From positions 355,074,001-355,138,000 of the forward strand of contig OZ024742.1 in the NCBI GenBank assembly GCA_964016885.1: a DNA stretch of 64,000 nucleotides, written 5' to 3'. Below are positions 55,812 through 64,000 of this stretch, piece after piece; position 1 is the first letter of the stretch, and every line of letters begins with the position of its first letter. The notes beneath the pieces are model-generated. The model was not told the DNA's origin. It made no database searches and worked only from the letters and a program-made list of their open reading frames with translations. The stretch is from Eledone cirrhosa (lineage: Eukaryota). The translations under genes were made by a program, and so were the position numbers.

Positions 55812-56858
55812 CATGTAAGAACAGAAATCTGTTCACACCCACACATGTTCAAACTTAAGGTCACACATAGAGGATTTATTGCGGCATCACTGCTAAAGTA
55901 ACTGTTGAAAATAGATATCTCCCTGTAATCTTCTCTAGGAAGACATCTATGTTGGCGGCTTACATCTACCCACAGAGAGATACTTGAGATGTAACCACTT
56001 TTGAACTTTATTTTAGTAAAATATACCAAAACACGGAAGAGGTTGACAGATAAATACACAACATTACTTCACTCAACAACATTTAATAGTAAAAATAATT
56101 GTTTCTACTTTTGGTACAAGGCCAGCAATTACTGGTAATTTATTTATCGACCCCGTATAGATGAAAGACAGAGTGAACTCAGATCATAAAGGGGCGTAAC
56201 ACTATGCTGCATATGGTGACCGACCTTCTACCAATACTGCCAATCCCCCGCCCTTAATTTAGTGGTAACACAATGTTGTAGTTCCAATAGTAGTTGTACA
56301 TGAGTTCCCTTGGTTTATCACGAAAATAAATATGCGAACATATTTATTGGAAGCATAGAAAGAAAGTCCAAGTATGTGTGCATGTATGTATATGAGCGTG
56401 TCTATATGCATGTGTATATATTTCACAAGTACCACTAACGTAGCCTCTTTCATTGGATGGGTCTATGTAAAGAAATATAAGGTAAAAATCAGTGATTAGG
56501 TATAAAATCCAGAAACAGATGTGCGGCAATGTCATAGTTTACCGAGAGGCCATTTACATGATCACAGCTTAAAATATAATAGCGAGATTCTTCTACAATT
56601 ATTATGCATAAACAGATCCTTTCGTATTAAAAGATATAGTGCCTGGCATATAATGTTAAACAAGGAAATAATAAAAGAAAAGCAACGTTTCTCTGGATAG
56701 AGAACTGAAGAAATGTGCTTTACTGAGACCAATGTTATGTAGTTCCGTAACTGGCATAGATTTCATTGTAACACGATAATTTTGCTCCCGGAAACGATTT
56801 TAAAACAACGGATTTAATTGTATACATAATTTTGTTATTTCTTTCATTGTTTAACATT

Positions 56859-56901
<43 letters not shown>

Positions 56902-56906
<5 letters not shown>

Positions 56907-57640
56907 GGAAAAAATAGAATTTATTTTCTCACACTTAGTACGGCTGATACTAAAATATAAGTATGGATACGTACATACATATATGTATACATACGTACAG
57001 TGGTATGTATAGACATACATATATATATATATATATGTGTACGTATGTGTTTACCGAACATTTATTATAATGTTCGGTTTCTTTCTAAACAAACAGCCCG
57101 AATAAAACCGTACAGTGTTCGGCAACCATCGTTGCCCTATTGTTCAACACTGACAAAGGAACGATCAATAGTTTCTAGCTTATTAGCTGTCATCAGCAAC
57201 GTATACCTTATTGTATATATATATGTATGTGTGTGTATACATACTACTGTACGTCTGTATACATATATGTATGTACGTATACATACTTATATTTAAATAT
57301 CAGCCGTACTTAGAGTGAGAAATGAAATTTTATTTTTTCCATTTATCGTTTTCGTTACGTCCAGCCGACTAACTCACTCGATATGCAAATTGGGTTGCTC
57401 AGCCGTTAATATTAACAAGGAAAGTGTATACATTCAAACGTTCAATCAATTGACATGAAGGTATACGGTGCTGATGACAGCTTATAAGATAGAACCTAGT
57501 TCATCTTTGAACAAAAGGGCACGATTGTTGCCTAACACTGTACGGCTTAATTTGGGCTGTTTGTTTACAAAGAAACCGAACATTATACTAAATGTTCGGT
57601 AACCCCATACGTACACATATATATGTGTATGTATGTATGT
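56902..57640. mobile_element. Older retrozyme-family fold-back copy
   Basis: Degenerate HHRs at 57161-57202 (-) and 57465-57506 (+); octamer 57383-57390. Confidence 0.8.
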
Positions 57641-57820
57641 CGTCACATGGTACCATGGGCCCAGCACTATGTGTCAATAATTGTCACAAGTGTAGTGTTT
57701 GTACCAGAGTTTTCAAGTCGCTGGCTGGACAAAAAAGTCACACTCGTTCAGCGCATCGGTAGGGGTTCTACTACATGGATATAAATAGTGGCCGTACTCG
57801 AAAACGAGTTGGCAGCCACC

Positions 57821-57853
<33 letters not shown>

Positions 57854-57875
57854 TGTATGTATGTATGTATGTATG
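57641..57875 (+). mobile_element. 3' end of an RTE-type LINE with C2H2 finger and (GTAT)n tail
   Basis: CSVCTRVFKSLAGQKSHTRSAH, stop at 57760-57762, then a microsatellite tail. Confidence 0.6.
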
Positions 57876-58249
57876 CCTTCTCCGAGAAAAATGGTCTGTC
57901 AAGGGCTAGGGGTCCTTCAGTCCCAGTGGTTTAACTGCGCGATCAGCTATCCAGCCTAAATATTTCTATGTCTCCGGGCATTAAAAATAAATCACTTATT
58001 GACACTCATACGTACGACACACACGCACACACATACATACACACACACACACACACAGACACACACTCACACTCACTCACACACGCACATACCAATACTC
58101 ATGCATAGAAACGAACAAACACACACGCATATATATATATTACCGTCATTACTGATACAAGATTATGTCAACTGTTGACTTACGAAAGAGTTAGTATAAT
58201 TGAAGCCGTTCGTGTGTTACTGTTCAGTATTAATATAATTGCTTTACAG

Positions 58250-58595
58250 CATAGAGCTACGGCCCTCTACGTTCCGAGTTCAAATCCCGCGGAGGTCAAC
58301 CTTGCCTTTCATCCCCACGGAGTCGAGAAAACAAAGCACCAGCAATACGCTGGGATTATTGTCAAAAGCAAAAACAATATTATTATTATCGTTGTTGTAG
58401 CGAGGTGGATTGGCAGTATCGGTAGAGGGTCGGGAGCCATGCTTTGAAGCATAGAGTTACCTCCCTTTATGATCGGAGTTCAAATCCCGCCGAAGTTAAC
58501 TTTGCCTTTCATCCTTACGGGGTCGATAAAATAAAGTACCAGTAATGCACTGGATTAATTGCAGGCCTGGTGTCAAAAGTAGAAACAATTATTAT
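58250..58595 (+). mobile_element. Two tRNA-derived SINE copies
   Basis: gagttcaaatcccgc B boxes and family body. Confidence 0.85.
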
Positions 58596-58798
58596 CGTTG
58601 TTGTTTTCTCAAGGATCGATCGCTGGTGATGTTGATGCTGATGGTGGTGGTGATGGGGATCAAATGATAAAATAGAAAAAAAAAACAAAAAAAATAACAA
58701 CATCAGCTGCCACCTCTATCACCACATACATACATACATTTATATATATACAAACACACACACGCACATATATATATAGAAACACACACGCACACACG

Positions 58799-58883
<85 letters not shown>

Positions 58884-59038
58884 AAGAATTAAAATACTAG
58901 AGTGTGTTGGAGTTAAACATCCTCTTCGTATTATTGAAATGACAGTAAAGGTATAGCTCAATGTAATTAAACAGAGCCGAAGAATTATGAAAATTATGAA
59001 AATAAACCAAAGAAGCCTTCAATACATCAAAACTCTTT

Positions 59039-59085
59039 ATTAGCCAACAATGTTTCGTCCTATTAAGGACTCATCAGGGCAATTA
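59039..59085 (-). ncRNA. Type I hammerhead, GUU triplet
   Basis: gcc-CTGATGA-gtccttaataggac-GAAA-catt-GTT-ggc. Confidence 0.88.
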
Positions 59086-60879
59086 AAGCTATAAGAAGCA
59101 CTATCGGCCAATACAAGCTAAAAACTCAGAAGAATATGGAGTATACATACATTAAAGCATAGGAAAATTATCGAGTAATAATTATCAAGTAAAAATTGCT
59201 AATGAAGTGAATAACATTTTGAACCATATTACAAATATAGTATAATGCAAAAACTAAAGCTAAACAAAGGTGGTAATATATAGCGAAAATTATTGTACTA
59301 TATATAATATAATATAATATAATATAATATAATATAATTGATAATGATAATAATAATAATATTAAAAGGCCCAATATACATATATATATATATATATATA
59401 CATGTGTACACATACATACATATATACCAATACACATGTCCATCAATACAAACACAAACTAACACTTATTAAGGGTTTAAATATCAATAAAAATAAGGAT
59501 AAGTATAAAAATAAAAATAAAAATAAAAATAAAAATAAAAATAAAAATAAAAATAAAAATAAAAATAAAAATAAAAATAAAAATAAAAATATGATACATA
59601 TATTATTTACAGTATAAAATGAAGAAGAAATGAGTGAAAGTAAACATAATATATAATATACTATATAATTATATAATTGATAATCCCCGGTTAATTTGCA
59701 CAAACAATATAAATGTTACAATAACACTATAATAACAATATTATAATATATTGGCATATAAATTAACAAATCATATAGAGTTACAGACAGGGAGAGAAAA
59801 AATATCGTACAGAACTAAATTAAGTTGAACAAAATTGTGCAGGAAAAAGATCAATACCATTGCAAGAAAACAGATGGAGGTCAAGTTTTTATACAATTGG
59901 TGTAAATAAATATTATCCAAACATTACAAAAATTATAAAAATATAAACATATTACAGAATTTACAAAATTTTACATAATGGTACATTTAATAATAGGTAA
60001 ATAATTAAGACCAATAGTACGTTTACAAAGAGTGATATGATATAACAACTTCTATATCAAATATTGAACATAGTATAATATACATAATTAAGTGGTTGGT
60101 GGACAGACATTTGTGAATAAGTGAATAAGAAACAGACAGAAAACTACGCGCGGTAGTATAAATATATAATTAAAATCAACCGGAAATCGAAAAACAAAAA
60201 CAAAAATATTTACTTAGGTGTCACATGCAGTTAAGTAAAAAAATTAGCAATCAAACCCGGATAAATGACTAGAAAACCCTTTTAAATTAATTAATATTGA
60301 AAGTATTTAAAATACATAATAAGTCAATACAAAATTAGCTATGGTTTAATTAATCAAAATCTCCAAAGTTTAAGATATTTCAATAAAAAATATCCAGAAA
60401 AGAATGAAATATTCTTCTATCGGTTGTATAACGTTATCTAATAAACGGACTTTAAATATAATTATGGTAGGCCAATGGGGACAGAAAAAAGAAATGTATG
60501 GAGGATACGAAGGAGCATAAAATCATAATCAATATACTGTATTATACAATAGAAAGGAGCATAAAAGGGAATTGAATATAATTATAGTATAATTGAAGGG
60601 GCGAATGACAAGTGTATATGGGGGGGGGGGTAATTATCTAAATGAGAATCCAAATAAAATAAAATAAAATAATATAAAATAAAATAAAATATATAATCAG
60701 ATATAAACTCATAAGGTGTTAATAGTGAAAATATAATATTTAAGAAGATAGATATGGTATGGTAGCCAAAAGACTATAAATCTAGATCGAAAAGCTGTTA
60801 AAAAACAATAATAATAATGATGATAATGATGGTGGTAAACAAAATGAACCTAAACAATAAAAATAAGGGAATATAGCAG

Positions 60880-61535
60880 CTAATGGATACAATTTACACT
60901 ACCAGAACTTTTAGGTTTATAATAAAAGTAAGAATTTGAAATGGCGTGGGGGCAAGAAGAGAATATCTCAGACTTTCTAAGTAAGGTTTCCCTAGAGAAA
61001 ATTATAGAGTGGGTCTCAAGGATACAGAGATTACAAAATGTAGTATGTGTTGATAGGTTATTAGAGCGTGCTACTATTCGCCAATTAAGGCTATATGGTA
61101 TATTAGCCCCCTTAAGATCCCAGATATGGTGTGCTAAAGAAGTAGAATTCTTAAACTTAACATGTTTAAAATTAGAGATATGATAATTAAACCTAGTCTT
61201 AAAAGTGTTAGATGTTGAGCCTATATATGTGCTATTAGAGGAATTAGTTTTAACTAGACAAGCATAAACGATGTTCTTAGAGAGGCAGTTACCGTTTAAA
61301 GGGCAGTTAACACTCATTTTACAGTTACACTTACGGGTGCTATTGATCGGCTGAAGTAGTGATGCACCACTCGTAGGGTTACTATGAGATAAGGTCTGCT
61401 AGGGTGGTAAGGCATTTATGGATCTATTCAGACTAGTAGTACGTAGAGAGGAGTAGCCATCCCTAATTTTCCCATTGTTAGTGCTAGCTAAATAAGAACT
61501 AATATTAGGGGTGGTAGATAATGAAAGTTTAATTA
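60880..61535 (-). pseudogene. PLE linker + GIY-YIG fragment
   Basis: IKLSLSTTPN, CNCKMSVNCPLNGNC, IVYAC..TYIGST..FKTRFNYH and CNLCILE. Confidence 0.9.
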
Positions 61536-63337
61536 CATATTATAAACCTAAAAGTTCTGGTAGTGTAAATTGTATCCATTAGCTGCTATATTCCCTTATC
61601 TTTTTTGTTTAGGTTCATTTGGTTTACCACCATCATTATCATTATTATTATTATTGGCTTTTAACAGCTTTTCGATCTAGCTTTATAGTCTTTTGGCTAC
61701 CATAACATATCTATCTTCTTAAATATTATATTTTCACTATTAACACCTTATGAGTTTATATCTGATTATATATTTTATTTTATTTTATATTATTTTATTT
61801 TATTTTATTTTATTTGGATTATCATTTAGATAATTAACCCCCCCCCCCACACACTTGTCATTCGCCCCTTCAATTATACTATACTTATATTCAATTCCCC
61901 TTTATGCTCTTTTATATTGTATAATACAATATATTGATTATGATTTTATGCTCCTTCGTGTCCTCCATACATTTCTTTTTTTCTGTCCCCATTGGCCTAC
62001 CATAATTCTATTTAATGTCCGTCTATCAGATGACGTTATTCAACTGATAGTAGAATATTTCATTCTTTTCTGGATATTTTTTATTGAAATAACTTAAACT
62101 TTGGAGATTTTGATTACTTAAACCATAGCTAATTTTGTATTGACTTATTATGTATTTTAAATACTTTCAATATTAATTAATTTAAAAGGGTTTTCTAGTC
62201 ATTTATCCGGGTTTGATTGCTAATTTTTTTACTTAACTGCATGTGACACCTAAGTAAATATTTTTGTTTTTGTTTTTCGATTTCCGGTTGATTTTAATTA
62301 TATATTTATACTACCGCGCATAGTTTTCTGTCTGGTTCTTATTCACTTATTCACAAATGTCTGTCCACCAACCACGTAATTATGTATATTATACTATGTT
62401 CAATATTTGATATAGAATTTGTTATATCATATCACTCTTTGTAAACGTACTATTGATCTTAATTATTTACCTATTATTAAATGTACCATTATGTAAAATT
62501 TTGTAAATTCTGTAATATGTTTATATTTTTATAATTTTTGTAATGTTTGGATGATATTTATTTACACCAATTGTATAAAAACTTGACCTCCGTCTGTTTT
62601 CTTGCAATGGTATTGATATTTTTCCAGCACATTTTTTTTCAACTTAATTTAGTTCTGTACGATATTTTTTCTCACCCTGTCTGTAACTCTATATGATTTG
62701 TTAATTTATATGCCAATATATTATAATATTGTTATTATAGTGTTATTGTAACATTTATATTGTTTGTGCAAATTAACCGGGGATTATCAATTACATAATT
62801 ATATAGTATATTATATATTATATGTTTACTTTCACTCATTTCTTCTTCATTTTATACTGTAAATAATATATGTATTATATTTTTATTTTTATTTTTATTT
62901 TTATTTTTATTCTCATCCTTATTTTTATTGATATTTAAACTCTTAATAAGTGTTAGTTTGGGCTTGTATTGATGGAAATGTGTATTGATATATATATGTA
63001 TGTATGTGTACATATGTATATATATATATATATGTATGTTGGGCCTTTTAATATTATTATTATTATCATTATCAATTATATTATATTATATTATATTATA
63101 TTATATTATATTATATTATATATAGTACAATAATTCTCGCTATATATCACCACCTTTGTTTAGCTCTAGTTTTTGCATTGTACTATATTTGTAATATGGT
63201 TCAAAATGTTATTCACTTCATTAGCAATTTTTACTTGATAATTATTACTCGATAATTTTCCTATGCTTTAATGTATGTATACTCCATATTCTTCAGAGTT
63301 TTGGGGTTGTATTGGCCGATAGTGCTTCTTATAGCTT

Positions 63338-63384
63338 TAATTGCCCTGATGAGTCCTTAATAGGACGAAACATTGTTCGCTAAT
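63338..63384 (+). ncRNA. Type I hammerhead (first stem I pair mismatched)
   Basis: gcc-CTGATGA(63346)-gtccttaataggac-GAAA-catt-GTT-cgc. Confidence 0.8.
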
Positions 63385-63425
63385 AAAGAGTTTTGATGTA
63401 TCGAAGGCTTCTTTGGTTTATTTTC

Positions 63426-63491
<66 letters not shown>

Positions 63492-64000
63492 CTCTTTTTC
63501 AAGAAGAAATTCGATTCATTTATTTATTTAGTTATCAATATAGGAATTGAAAATAAAAATGGATAATTCACACGTATGTAACATTTCCTGCCTGTATACA
63601 GCTTTATAAGTTTCATTGATTTTCTTTTGGAATAATGTATTGCATAAGAAGATCTAACGAGTAACCACGATAAGGATAACAGTCCTGGCATTATTAATTC
63701 CTGATCATTGTAATATATTTTTTTATATATTTTGTAATATATTTTGCAAACAAAAATTATTAAAATCACAGTAAAAATTACTCACCAAGGTTTACTTTTA
63801 TTTTAATTAATAATATGTAAATAGTCTGGATGTTGATAGGATAAGATAAATATAGTATGAAGGTTATAATGCCGAATAGTATCCGTGCTAAGTCATATAT
63901 AATATACATTATTACTACCATCAGTATATTAGGATATCTGAACTAAATGAATGAAGAGAGGCCCATCTCTGTAACCAATATACTGACATAGCATTCACTC

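Larger units (their letters stand above)
58881..63430. mobile_element. Fold-back, 5'-truncated Hydra-type PLE (family 3)
   Basis: ~1.9-kb inverted arms 58993-60924 and 61538-63430; 112-bp tail on the left arm; (TA)n on both sides. Confidence 0.92.

Overview
AT-rich eukaryotic (animal) intergenic or intronic DNA, dense in (TA)n, (CA)n and (GA)n microsatellites. The SINEs resemble those I associate with octopod cephalopods (inference). I can support no host gene; almost all short ORFs are microsatellite artefacts. The window is dominated by Penelope-like retroelements (PLEs) with C-terminal GIY-YIG and a CxCx5C linker (Hydra-type). There is one intact 737-aa element with near-identical tandem pseudo-LTRs (1-5572), two large fold-back copies (34.4-38.6 kb, 58.9-63.4 kb) and several relics. 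Reading both strands gives about 20 type I hammerhead ribozyme (HHR) motifs in at least 7 sequence families. The highlight is a non-coding ~470-550 bp tandem-repeat family (retrozyme-like) with a minimal dimer-type HHR plus a conserved octamer and PSE-like module. It inserts into (TA)n with the same head-to-head, one-short-end/one-long-end architecture as the PLEs, which suggests a PLE-driven, circular-RNA-templated system. Non-canonical HHR cores also occur (U3-A8, A4, and a 63-nt stem II). Other content: a degenerate RTE-type LINE (41.7-45.3 kb), tRNA-derived SINEs, CRE and RTE fragments, a hAT-type MITE and a Helentron-like element. All alignments and folds were done by eye.
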